Shown: piece by piece, positions 10,108 to 18,734 of the stretch | Layout of the letters: each line of letters begins with the position of its first letter | Position numbering within the stretch: the first letter of the stretch is position 1 | DNA from: Candidatus Latescibacterota bacterium | Lineage (GTDB): Bacteria; Latescibacterota; UBA2968; UBA8231 | Direction of reading: 5' to 3' | Assembly (NCBI GenBank): GCA_965248355.1 | Contig: OZ252098.1 | Coordinates: forward strand, 4,992,001-5,056,000 | Length of the DNA: 64,000 nucleotides | Notes under the pieces: generated by a model | The model's database searches: none | What the model saw: only the letters and a program-made list of their open reading frames with translations | What the model was told of the DNA's origin: nothing | Position numbers and translations under genes: made by a program

Positions 10108-11751
10108 GTGGGCGCGGTCCAGCGGTGGACGGCCGTGCTCCTGGCGGCGGCCCTGTCTCCGGCATGGTCCGAGGCGCCGGGACATGCCTGGTGCGGCACC
10201 CGCTGGCTCGCCGAGCAGAGGGCGTCCGGGGTCCCGCCTCCGCCGCCGGCCGCCCGCCCGGCGTCCCCCGGCCAGGCAGAGGAGCCGCCCCCGGTCACCC
10301 TCGGCACGGAGCACCTGTTCCCGCTCTTCGGATCGCCGACCCCGGTGCGGGCCACCTGCCGGTACGTCGGCCGCCGCTGCTTCGTGTTCGTCGAGAACAC
10401 CCAGTGGGACACCGAGGGCGGGCCGGTGCTGCAGAGCGATGTGGACAAGCTCGCGGAGCTGTTCGACGCCAGCACCCCCGCCGACCCGGATCGCGGCATC
10501 TACGACCTCGTCGTCGAGACCTTCGGAGAGCCGGAGGACGTCGACGGGTACGAGCAGATCTTCCTCCTCCTGCTCGACATGCCCGATCCGGAGATCGTGG
10601 GCTACTTCGACCCGAATGTCTCCGCTCACGACCTGCCTGAGCATCGACGGGACCTGCTCTACCTGAGCCAGTTTCACCTTCGGCGCCAGGCTCGCCTGGC
10701 GAGGGGCACCTTGGCCCACGAGCTGCAGCATCTCCTTCACTGGAGCTCGGACCGCGACGAGGAGGACTGGTTGAACGAAGGTCTGTCCGGGTACGCCGAG
10801 GCGGTGGCGGGCTTTCCCGAGGCGGACCCGGCCGCGGTGCCCTCCTTCCTGGACCACCCCGAGACCTCGCTCACCAACTGGACGGGCAGGGCGCGCAGCT
10901 ACGGCGCGACCTACCTGTTCGCCGCGTACCTGGCGGAGCGCTACGGCCCGGACCTGATCCGGGCCCTGGTGGCCGAGCCCGACAACGGGATCGCCGGCGT
11001 GGGCAAGTCCCTGGACCGGGTCGGCTCGAGCCACAGCTTCGTCGACGCCTGGTCCGGCTGGGTGACGGCCAACTACGCGTCGGCCGATCCGCAACTCGCC
11101 TACAGCGCCCTCGGGGCCCGCCGGGTCAGGACCTTCGACTACGATGTCCTGCCCCAGGAGGGACTGACCTTCGCGCTGAGCGCTGCCTGGTCCACGGTGA
11201 ACGTCCTGTTCCGCACGCCCGGAAGCCTGGCCGTGGACTTCGACGGGGAGGACGGCGCCGGCTTCCGCGCCTGGACCTACGCCATGTCCCCGGACTCCTT
11301 CCAACTGGAGGAGGTGGCGCTCACGGGGGCCAACGAGGGCCGCGCGGAGGCCACCGGCATCGACAGCCTCGTGCTGATCGTCGGAGGAACCACGCCGCAG
11401 GGAGGACGATTCGATCTGTCGGCCGACGCGGCCACGGCCATATCGGTGGCGGTCCTGCCGGCTTTGGAAGCCGGCCCGCCCGGACTGCGGGAGGCCTACC
11501 CCAATCCGTTCAACGCCGAGGTGCGGATCCCCTATGCGCTGGCCGAGCCGGGCCGGGTGGAGCTGAGCGTTCTCTCCCTCGGCGGCCAGCGCCTGCGCCG
11601 TCTCGTGCAGGGACGGCGTGAGACCGGCCGCCACGAGGCGGTCTGGGACGGCCGGGACGAGGCCGGGCGGCGGGCGGCCTCGGGGACCTATCTCGTGCGC
11701 CTGCGCACCGCCGCATCGACCAGCGTCAGCCGTCTGGCCCTGGTCCGATAG
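10108..11751 (+). CDS. Secreted zinc metallopeptidase (M30-like gluzincin) with T9SS CTD
   Basis: Signal peptide, WCGT, TLAHELQH...WLNEGLS; C-terminal AYPNPFN...WDGRDEAGRRAASGTYLVRL. Confidence 0.75.
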   Translation: MGAVQRWTAVLLAAALSPAWSEAPGHAWCGTRWLAEQRASGVPPPPPAARPASPGQAEEPPPVTLGTEHLFPLFGSPTPVRATCRYVGRRCFVFVENTQWDTEGGPVLQSDVDKLAELFDASTPADPDRGIYDLVVETFGEPEDVDGYEQIFLLLLDMPDPEIVGYFDPNVSAHDLPEHRRDLLYLSQFHLRRQARLARGTLAHELQHLLHWSSDRDEEDWLNEGLSGYAEAVAGFPEADPAAVPSFLDHPETSLTNWTGRARSYGATYLFAAYLAERYGPDLIRALVAEPDNGIAGVGKSLDRVGSSHSFVDAWSGWVTANYASADPQLAYSALGARRVRTFDYDVLPQEGLTFALSAAWSTVNVLFRTPGSLAVDFDGEDGAGFRAWTYAMSPDSFQLEEVALTGANEGRAEATGIDSLVLIVGGTTPQGGRFDLSADAATAISVAVLPALEAGPPGLREAYPNPFNAEVRIPYALAEPGRVELSVLSLGGQRLRRLVQGRRETGRHEAVWDGRDEAGRRAASGTYLVRLRTAASTSVSRLALVR

Positions 11752-12280
11752 GGTCCCGCAGGAGGCCGGGGCCTCCCTCGATCCGCAGCCGTCCGGCCCG
11801 CCGGACCCGTTCCCCCGTCTCCAGGTTGGCCAGGACCCCGGCCAGCCGCTCTCCGCGGACCGGGTGGACCAGGTCGGGGGCGATCTCCAGCAGCGGCTCG
11901 AGGACGAAGCGGCGCCTCGCCAGGTACGGGTGGGGGATCGTCAGTCCCGGCTCTTCGAGGCGGCGGTCCCCCATCAGCAGCAGGTCCAGGTCCAGTTTCC
12001 GCGGTCCCCAGCGCTCCCCGCGCCGTCGCCCGTGGGCGCTCTCGGTGGACAGCAGGGCCTCGAGGAGCCGGTGCGGCTCGAGGGAGGTCCTCAACTCGGC
12101 GGCGGCGTTGAGGAAATCGGCCTGGGCCACCGGGCCCACGGGGGAGGTCTCGTAGGTACTGGAAACGGCCGTGACCTCGATCGCCGCCCTGCGCTGCAGG
12201 TGGGCGATCGCCGATTCGAGCGCGGCGCGGCGGTCCCCCATGTTGGAACCGAGGCCGATGTAGCAACGTTCAGTCGCCAA
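11726..12280 (-). CDS. folK: 2-amino-4-hydroxy-6-hydroxymethyldihydropteridine diphosphokinase
   Basis: YIGLGSNMG, DFLNAA, RWGPRKLDLDLL, LTIPHP...RRFVLEPL. TTG start overlaps the end of folB. Confidence 0.93.
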   Translation of the reverse strand: MATERCYIGLGSNMGDRRAALESAIAHLQRRAAIEVTAVSSTYETSPVGPVAQADFLNAAAELRTSLEPHRLLEALLSTESAHGRRRGERWGPRKLDLDLLLMGDRRLEEPGLTIPHPYLARRRFVLEPLLEIAPDLVHPVRGERLAGVLANLETGERVRRAGRLRIEGGPGLLRDPIGPGPDG

Positions 12281-12641
12281 AGAGGCGTTCGATCTCCACC
12301 TCGAGGCCATCGAAGTGGCCGTCCACCGGGGGGTTGGGCTTGCGGACCCGCACACGGGCCGAGGCCAGGGCATCGAAGCGCTGGCCCAGGGCGGCGGCCA
12401 CGGCTTCGGCGAGGGCCTCCACCAGGCCGTACCGCCGTTCCCCCTTCACCACCTGCGCCACCAGGTCGTAGACAGCGGCGTAGTCGACGGTGAGGTCGGG
12501 GTCGTCGCGCTCGCCGGCGGCGCGCAGGTCCAGCCGGAGCTCCACGTCCACCTCGAAGCGCTGCCCCAACCTCGCCTCCTCGGGCCGCAGGCCGTGGCAG
12601 GCGTGGAAGGTCATGTTCCTGAGACGCAGCAGGTCGGACAT
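12270..12641 (-). CDS. folB: Dihydroneopterin aldolase
   Basis: FHACHG...EEARLGQRFEVDV...TVDYAAVY...RKPNPP; adjacent to folK. Confidence 0.92.
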   Translation of the reverse strand: MSDLLRLRNMTFHACHGLRPEEARLGQRFEVDVELRLDLRAAGERDDPDLTVDYAAVYDLVAQVVKGERRYGLVEALAEAVAAALGQRFDALASARVRVRKPNPPVDGHFDGLEVEIERLFGD

Positions 12642-12670
12642 CGGTTGAACCCCGGCGGGATGTGCCTGCC

Positions 12671-14008
12671 TCAGGCTGGACCCTCGGGCGGTGCCGGCCG
12701 CGCAAGGGCCCGGTGGCCGATGTCCCGTCGGAAGTAGGCGCCTTCGAAGGAGACCTTGCGGACCGACCGGTAGGCCGAGGCCACGGCGGCGGGCAGGTCC
12801 CCGGCGACCGCCGTGACGGCGAGCACCCGTCCGCCCGCGGTCACCAGGCCTCCGTCCTCGAGGGCCGTGCCCGCGTGGAAGGGGAGCACGGTCTCGGAGT
12901 CCGCCAGGGAGTCCAGCCCCGTGATCGGCTTGCCGGTCTCGTACGAGCCGGGGTAGCCGGCCGAGGACATGACGACGCAGGCCGCGGCCCGGTCCGTATC
13001 GACCTCCACCGGCCCGGCGGCGCCCAGGTCCCCCCGGGCGGCAGCGGCCAGCAGCACGGCCAGGTCGGTGCGCAGGAGGGGGAGCACGACCTGGGCCTCG
13101 GGATCGCCGAAGCGGCTGTTGAACTCGACGACCTTGGGTCCCTCGGAGGTGATCATGAGCCCGCAATAGAGGACGCCCCGGTACGGGGTGCCGAGGCGCC
13201 GCATCTCGGCCAGCACCGGCTCGATGATCTCGCGCGAGGCCCGGTCGACCATATGGGGGGAGAGTACGGGGGCCGGAGCGTACGCCCCCATGCCGCCCGT
13301 GTTCGGGCCCGTATCCCCCTCGCCGATCGCCTTGTGATCCTGGGCCGGCACCAGGTTGACGTAGCGCTCGCCGTCGCAGACCGCGAACAACGAGGCCTCC
13401 TCACCCTCCATGAAGGCCTCGACGACGACCTCGGCGCCCGCATCCCCGAACCGGCGCCCGTCCACGATGGCGGTGACCGCCTCCACCGCCTCCTGCTCGG
13501 TGGCGCAGACCACGGCTCCCTTGCCGGCGGCCAGCCCGGAGGCCTTGATCACGATCGGCGCCCCCCGGGCGCGGATGTAAGCGATGGCTCCTGCGCTGTC
13601 GGAGAAAGTCCGGTGGGCGGCGGTGGGAACGCCCACCGAAGCCATCAACTGTTTCGAGAAGGCTTTGCTGCTTTCGATGCGGGCCGCCGCCTCCGTGGGC
13701 CCGAAGGCCAGCAGTCCCGCGGCTGCGAAGCGGTCGACCAGGCCCGCAGCCAGGGCGGCGTCGGGCCCGACCACGGTCAGGTCGATCCCCTCCCTTGCGG
13801 CGAAGGCCGCCAGCCGGTCGATCTCCCCCTCCAGGCGGGGCCGTTCGGCCAGGTCCAGATCGACCCGGTACCCGGGGAGGCACTCGGCGGCCGCCGCCAG
13901 GCCCGGAGAACCGGGAGCCGCGTACAGCCGCCGCACCCTCGGGGACCGGGCCAGCTTCCAGGCGAGGGCGTGCTCCCGCCCCCCCTTGCCGACGACCAGA
14001 ACCCTCAT
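12671..14008 (-). CDS. purD: Phosphoribosylamine--glycine ligase
   Basis: GGREHALAWKL, GLAAGKG, QDHK...GPNTGGMGAY, EFNSRFGDPEAQ, TAGGRVL. Confidence 0.96.
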   Translation of the reverse strand: MRVLVVGKGGREHALAWKLARSPRVRRLYAAPGSPGLAAAAECLPGYRVDLDLAERPRLEGEIDRLAAFAAREGIDLTVVGPDAALAAGLVDRFAAAGLLAFGPTEAAARIESSKAFSKQLMASVGVPTAAHRTFSDSAGAIAYIRARGAPIVIKASGLAAGKGAVVCATEQEAVEAVTAIVDGRRFGDAGAEVVVEAFMEGEEASLFAVCDGERYVNLVPAQDHKAIGEGDTGPNTGGMGAYAPAPVLSPHMVDRASREIIEPVLAEMRRLGTPYRGVLYCGLMITSEGPKVVEFNSRFGDPEAQVVLPLLRTDLAVLLAAAARGDLGAAGPVEVDTDRAAACVVMSSAGYPGSYETGKPITGLDSLADSETVLPFHAGTALEDGGLVTAGGRVLAVTAVAGDLPAAVASAYRSVRKVSFEGAYFRRDIGHRALARPAPPEGPA

Positions 14009-14067
14009 CGAGAAGCCCACTCCTTCCGGCGGACGGGGCGCCGGCAGGCCACCTCCCGGGGAGGACG

Positions 14068-14970
14068 TCAGAGGTAGCCGAACTCCTTCAGGTCCCTCTG
14101 ACGTCTGCGCCAGTCGGGGCGCACCTTGACCCGCAACTCGAGGAACACGGGGCCATCGACCAGTTGCTCGATGCTGGCACGCGCTCCCGATCCGATGCTG
14201 CGCAGGCGTGCGCCCTTTCGGCCGATGACGATGCCCTTCTGACTGTCGCGCTCGACGTAGAGGGTGGCGAGAAGGTAGGTCTTGCGCCCGTCCCCCGCAC
14301 GGGGCTCGCGGAACTCGTCCACCTGCACCTGGATCGAGTACGGCAGCTCGTCGGCCAGCTGCTCGAAGGCGGTCTCGCGGATCAACTCGGCGGCGAAGAA
14401 CCGCTCCGGCTGCTCGGCGATCCGGTCCGCCGGGTACATGGCCGGCCCCGCCGGCAGGAGGTCTTCGAGACGGGACAGCAGGAACGCGACGTTCGTGCCG
14501 GTCAGGGCGGAGATCGGCAGGATGTCGGGCAGTCCGTGGTCGCCGGAGAGGCGTGCCAGCAGCGGTTCGAGCCCCTCCGGATCGATGCGGTCCACCTTGT
14601 TGAGCACGGGCAGCACCGGCTTGCGGTTGCGCTGGAGAAAGGCGTCCACCAGGCGGCTGCGGTCGTTCGGACGGGTCCCGTCGAGGAGCAGCACGACCGC
14701 GTCGGCGTCGGCGCAGGCCCTCCGGATCTGGACCTCCATCGTCTCGTGGAGGCGGTACCTGGCCTCGAGCAGGCCCGGCGTGTCGAGCAGGACGAGCTGG
14801 CTGGCGGGGCGGGTGAGGATCCCGAGAATGCGGCCCCTGGTGGTCTGGGGCCGCGCCGTGACGATGGACAGCCGCTGGCCGAGGAGGATGTTGAAGAGCG
14901 TGGACTTGCCCGCGTTGGGGCGGCCGACAAAGGCGACGTACCCGAAACGGGAGACCGGGCCGCGGGCGAC
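14068..14970 (-). CDS. era: GTPase Era; no ATG/GTG/TTG upstream of the G1 motif
   Basis: The frame upstream of the listed ORF reads FGYVAFVGRPNAGKSTL...PQTTR...DTPG, followed by NKVD, ISAL and the KH domain SQKGIVIGRKG. About 300 aa if started at GTC 14970. Confidence 0.92.
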   Translation of the reverse strand, partial: VARGPVSRFGYVAFVGRPNAGKSTLFNILLGQRLSIVTARPQTTRGRILGILTRPASQLVLLDTPGLLEARYRLHETMEVQIRRACADADAVVLLLDGTRPNDRSRLVDAFLQRNRKPVLPVLNKVDRIDPEGLEPLLARLSGDHGLPDILPISALTGTNVAFLLSRLEDLLPAGPAMYPADRIAEQPERFFAAELIRETAFEQLADELPYSIQVQVDEFREPRAGDGRKTYLLATLYVERDSQKGIVIGRKGARLRSIGSGARASIEQLVDGPVFLELRVKVRPDWRRRQRDLKEFGYL

Positions 14971-14977
14971 GTCGCCC

Positions 14978-15970
14978 TCAGAACCGGACGTCGGCGGAGA
15001 GGAGATAGGTGCCCTCGAGGTCGTCGTGCTGCAGGTAGGCCACGTCGACCTGAAGCCGGCGATTGACCTGCAGACCCAGGCCGAAGGTCTGCCGGAGCTC
15101 CTCGAAGCCGGCGCGCAGGGCGAGCCGGCCGGCGTCGTACTCGATCCCCGCGTGGACCGGGGCCTTTCCGGCCTCGTCCTCGGCGTCGCCTCCGGAGCGC
15201 GAGCCGACGGCCACGGAGGCCCGGCCGCCGGCGATGGCGCGGTGATAGGCCATCCCCAACACGATGGACGGCAGTATGCGGTCGGTGGTGCCGTCCCAGA
15301 AGATGGGCGTAGTGGTCACGTCGCGGAGGTTGAAGGCCAGGGTCAGGGAGGATGCCGGGCGGTAGCGGAGGCCGAGGTCGAGGCCGGCGCCGTAGGCGGT
15401 GAGGTCGGCCACCGAGCGATGGATGAGCTTGACGCTGGCGCCGGCATCGAGATCCTGCCCCAGCCGCCGGCCCGCGGAGACGTACAGGGCGTAGTCGGCG
15501 GCCGATTGAGTGGACGAGACGAAGGGTCGGTTGTCGGGACCCAGGGGCGAGGACGGGTCGGGCAGGTCGGTGAAGGGGATGTCGTCGACGCCGAGGCGCA
15601 GCAGGGCGATGCCGAGGCCGTCGAAGAACGGGCCTGGCATGACGAAGGCCAGGTAGTCCTGCTGAACGAGGCCGTTGAAGCGCTCGCCGTGGGTGAAGTG
15701 GGCCTGACGCTCCGGGGAGCCCCCGAGGACGGCGCTGTTCCAGTACCCGGCGGTGGCGGCGTCGGCCAGGGCCACGTAGGCGCTGCCGAGGGCGAGGCCC
15801 CGGGCCCCGGCGCCGACGGCCAGGAACTCGCCGGCGTAGGCGCTGGCCGCGTGGCCGGGCCCGGCGGTCCACTGCAGGAGGGCGGCGCAGATCAGGGTTG
15901 CACCGGCGCGTGGGAGCAGGATCCGTCGAGTCACGGTTTCAAGTCTAGAGGTGGTGGACAAGGACTTCAA
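14978..15970 (-). CDS. Second PorV/PorQ family (UPF0164-like) beta-barrel protein
   Basis: Signal peptide; FLAVGAGARGLALGSAYVALADAATAGYWN; terminal LSADVRF. Confidence 0.75.
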   Translation of the reverse strand: MKSLSTTSRLETVTRRILLPRAGATLICAALLQWTAGPGHAASAYAGEFLAVGAGARGLALGSAYVALADAATAGYWNSAVLGGSPERQAHFTHGERFNGLVQQDYLAFVMPGPFFDGLGIALLRLGVDDIPFTDLPDPSSPLGPDNRPFVSSTQSAADYALYVSAGRRLGQDLDAGASVKLIHRSVADLTAYGAGLDLGLRYRPASSLTLAFNLRDVTTTPIFWDGTTDRILPSIVLGMAYHRAIAGGRASVAVGSRSGGDAEDEAGKAPVHAGIEYDAGRLALRAGFEELRQTFGLGLQVNRRLQVDVAYLQHDDLEGTYLLSADVRF

Positions 15971-15994
15971 CTCAGGCGGGCTCTCCAGGGTTCC

Positions 15995-17338
15995 TCAGCG
16001 GACCAGGATCAGTCTCAGGTCCATGACGTTGGTCCCGGTGGGTCCGGTGACGATCAGGTCGTCGAGAGCCTCGAACAGGGGGTGCGAGTCGTTGCGCTCC
16101 AGGTGTCCAGCCGCCGGCAGGCCGGCGGCGGCGGCGCGCGCCACGGTCGTGCCGTCGGCGATCGCACCGGCGGCATCCGTGGGGCCGTCGGTGCCGTCGG
16201 TTCCGGCGCTCATCACCGTGATGCCCTCGGCGCCCTCGAGATCGAGGGCCGCGGCCAGGGCGAACTCCTGGTTGCGGCCGCCCTTGCCGTGGCCGCGGAG
16301 GGTGACCGTGGTCTCGCCGCCGCTGATCACGCAGGCAGGCGCCGGCACCGGTTGCCCGCTGAGGGCGATCTCGGCGGCGATGGCGGCGTGGACCCCGGCG
16401 ACCTGGCGGGTTTCCCCGGCGATTCTCGTGGACAGCACGAAGGCGTGATATCCCCGGCGGAGCGCCTCCTCCCGGGCCGCGGAGACGGCCAGGGCGTTGT
16501 TGCCGATCACCAGGTTGAGAGCTGACTGCACCGACGGGTCGGCGGCGCCCGGCGTCTCGGGGAGATGGCCGCCGCCGCCGCGCTCGAAGCGCGCCAGCAC
16601 GGACCCGGGAAGCTCCTGGCGCAGCCGGTAGCGGTCGATGAGCCGCAGGCAGTCCTCGAAGGTCGTGGGATCGGCGCAGGTCGGTCCCGAGGCGATGGTA
16701 TGCAGGGGGTCCCCGATGACGTCGGAGATCATCAGAGACAGCACCCGCGCCGGGGCCGCCCGGCGGGCCAGTTGGCCGCCCTTGACCTCGGACAGGTGCT
16801 TGCGGACGGCATTGAGCTCGTCGATCGTGGCCCCGCAGCGAAGCAGGGCATCGGTGGTGGCGACTTTCTCCTCCAGGGAGATGCCGTCGGCGGGCGCCGG
16901 CATCAGGGCCGAGCCTCCGCCGGAGAACAGGCACAGCAACACGTCGTCGGGCCCGAGGCGGTCGACGAGCCGGAGCATGCGCCCGGTCCCCGCGATCCCG
17001 GCGGCATCGGGCAGAGGGTGTCCGCACTCCACCGTGTGGACGGTCTTCAACTCCCGGCGGTGGCCGTACTTGGTGTTGATGGAGCCGGCCGTGAGACGGG
17101 GCCCGAGCACGGCCTCGGCGGCGGCGGCCATGGCCGGCGTGGCCTTGCCCGCCCCGGCCATGACGATGCGGGAGGCGCCGGAAAGGGGCAGGCGATGGTC
17201 GCCGGCCAGCAGTTCGGAGCCGCGCAGTGACAGGGTGCCGCCGACCAACGGCCCCGGCTCCACGGCGGCGATGGCGGCCTGGAGAATGGCCAGACCGTCA
17301 CGGCGGCGCCTGGCGGCCCCGTCCTCCGGCCGCCTCAC
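15995..17338 (-). CDS. Glycerate 2-kinase (MOFRL/TtuD family)
   Basis: GAGKA, GHPLPD, SGGGSAL, RKHLSEVKGGQLA, SDVIGD, GGETTV, GGRNQE, GTDGTDG, GPTGTNVMD. Confidence 0.92.
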   Translation of the reverse strand: MRRPEDGAARRRRDGLAILQAAIAAVEPGPLVGGTLSLRGSELLAGDHRLPLSGASRIVMAGAGKATPAMAAAAEAVLGPRLTAGSINTKYGHRRELKTVHTVECGHPLPDAAGIAGTGRMLRLVDRLGPDDVLLCLFSGGGSALMPAPADGISLEEKVATTDALLRCGATIDELNAVRKHLSEVKGGQLARRAAPARVLSLMISDVIGDPLHTIASGPTCADPTTFEDCLRLIDRYRLRQELPGSVLARFERGGGGHLPETPGAADPSVQSALNLVIGNNALAVSAAREEALRRGYHAFVLSTRIAGETRQVAGVHAAIAAEIALSGQPVPAPACVISGGETTVTLRGHGKGGRNQEFALAAALDLEGAEGITVMSAGTDGTDGPTDAAGAIADGTTVARAAAAGLPAAGHLERNDSHPLFEALDDLIVTGPTGTNVMDLRLILVR

Positions 17339-17345
17339 GGGAGGG

Positions 17346-17975
17346 TCACATCCTCCTCATCAGGCCCACCACCTTGCCCGCGATGCGCAACTGGGTCCCC
17401 TCTTCGCCGGAGAGTACGATGGGCTCGTAGGCCGGGTTCTCCGGGAGGAGCCGGACGGCCCCGGGGATCGGATCGAAGCGTTTGACGGTGGCCTCGTCGT
17501 CGAGCAGGGCGACGACGATGTCGCCGCGGTCGGCCGTCGACTGCTGGCGGGCGACGACGATGTCTCCGTCGAGGATGCCGGCCTCGGTCATGCTGTCGCC
17601 CCGTACTCGCAGGGCGAAGGCTTCGCCCGACGCCGGCGCCAGCGACGGGTCCACGTGAATGGTGGTCTCCACGTTCTCCTCGGCCAGGATCGGAGCGCCG
17701 GCGGCGACCCGGCCGAGAACGGGCACCTGGACCGTTTCGTGCTCGGCCAGGTAGGGGCCGCCGGCGACCAGCTCGATGCCCCGCGACAGGCGGGGATGGC
17801 GGCGGATGTGGCCCTTTTTCTCCAGCGCGGCCAGGGTGGTCCGCACGCCATTGGTGGAGTTGATGCCGAACTGCTCCATGATCTCGCGGATGGTGGGCGG
17901 GGCCCCGCGTCCGCGGATGATGCCGGCGATGAAGTCGAAGATCGCCCGCTGACGCTCGGTCAGTGCTTTCGGCAT
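17346..17975 (-). CDS. lexA: SOS repressor LexA
   Basis: N-terminal wHTH (LTERQ...PPTIREI), Ala-Gly cleavage site VAAG, catalytic GDSM and TVKR. Confidence 0.95.
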   Translation of the reverse strand: MPKALTERQRAIFDFIAGIIRGRGAPPTIREIMEQFGINSTNGVRTTLAALEKKGHIRRHPRLSRGIELVAGGPYLAEHETVQVPVLGRVAAGAPILAEENVETTIHVDPSLAPASGEAFALRVRGDSMTEAGILDGDIVVARQQSTADRGDIVVALLDDEATVKRFDPIPGAVRLLPENPAYEPIVLSGEEGTQLRIAGKVVGLMRRM

Positions 17976-18038
17976 GGCCTGGCCTCCTCTCCGTGATGTC
18001 GGGTGTGCGCGTCCCGATCCAAGGCAACCGATACGCCC

Positions 18039-18067
18039 AATTTACTGCACATTCGTTCATTTGTCAA
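18039..18067 (-). promoter_or_regulatory. Sigma70-type lexA promoter with a candidate SOS box in the spacer
   Basis: Minus strand reads TTGACA-17 nt-TAAATT; the spacer contains TGAAC-GAAT-GTGCA (18046-18059). Confidence 0.7.
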
Positions 18068-18094
18068 CTGATGGCCCGTCTCCCCGCTCTCTGG

Positions 18095-18123
18095 TTGACA
18101 AAGTCCACCCTTCTCTCTACCGT
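18095..18123 (+). promoter_or_regulatory. Divergent sigma70-type promoter for the 18200/18735 genes
   Basis: TTGACA (18095-18100)-17 nt-TACCGT (18118-18123). Confidence 0.55.
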
Positions 18124-18199
18124 ACTGTGCCAATTGATCGTAAGTCCACCAGTTTCACGGAGTTGGCTCATTCCCCGGGTAGCCTGACGGCCTTTGCAG

Positions 18200-18730
18200 A
18201 TGACCCTCTCCAACCTCGATCCATCCGCCGCGGTCCGCGCCTTGGCCGCGTGCTTCGTCTTCGGCCTGCTGCCGCTCGCCGCGGACGGGTCCCCCTCCGA
18301 CGACGGAAGCCCGGATGGATCACCCGCCGCCCGGGAGCTGGGGGCCGTCCAGGCCTCCTCCTCGGCCGGGTCCAGGTCTCCGATCACGATCCGTCGAACC
18401 CTCGGCCTGGCCTTTCTCGCGGGGGGCGCGGCTCTCACCGCCAGGGGATTCGACTACAAGGACGAGGCCGACGCCTTCTACGACGCCTACAGGGCCGCCG
18501 ACGACGAGGCCGAGATCCAGAGGCTCTACCAGCGCACGACGAACCGGGACGTGAAGAGCCAGGTCAGCTGGGCCCTGGCCGCGGCCTGCGGCATCACCGG
18601 CCTGCGGCTCCTGTTCACCGGCGGCGGCGAGCTCCAGAGCACCTCCCTGCCGGGCCGCTCCTCCCTCGCCCTGGTCCACGCCCCGGAGCTCCGGGGCGTG
18701 GGTCTGCGCTTGCAGCGCCGTTTCCACTGA
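18200..18730 (+). CDS. Hypothetical membrane protein
   Basis: Signal-like N-terminus and two hydrophobic segments flanking a charged helix; GC-rich codon usage; ends a few bases before the FN3 gene. Confidence 0.6.
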   Translation: MTLSNLDPSAAVRALAACFVFGLLPLAADGSPSDDGSPDGSPAARELGAVQASSSAGSRSPITIRRTLGLAFLAGGAALTARGFDYKDEADAFYDAYRAADDEAEIQRLYQRTTNRDVKSQVSWALAAACGITGLRLLFTGGGELQSTSLPGRSSLALVHAPELRGVGLRLQRRFH

Positions 18731-18734
18731 TCCG

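Noticed and set aside
11726..11751. 26-bp convergent overlap of folK and the CTD peptidase
   Set aside because: Short 3' overlaps are common in GC-rich genomes; nothing suggests regulation.
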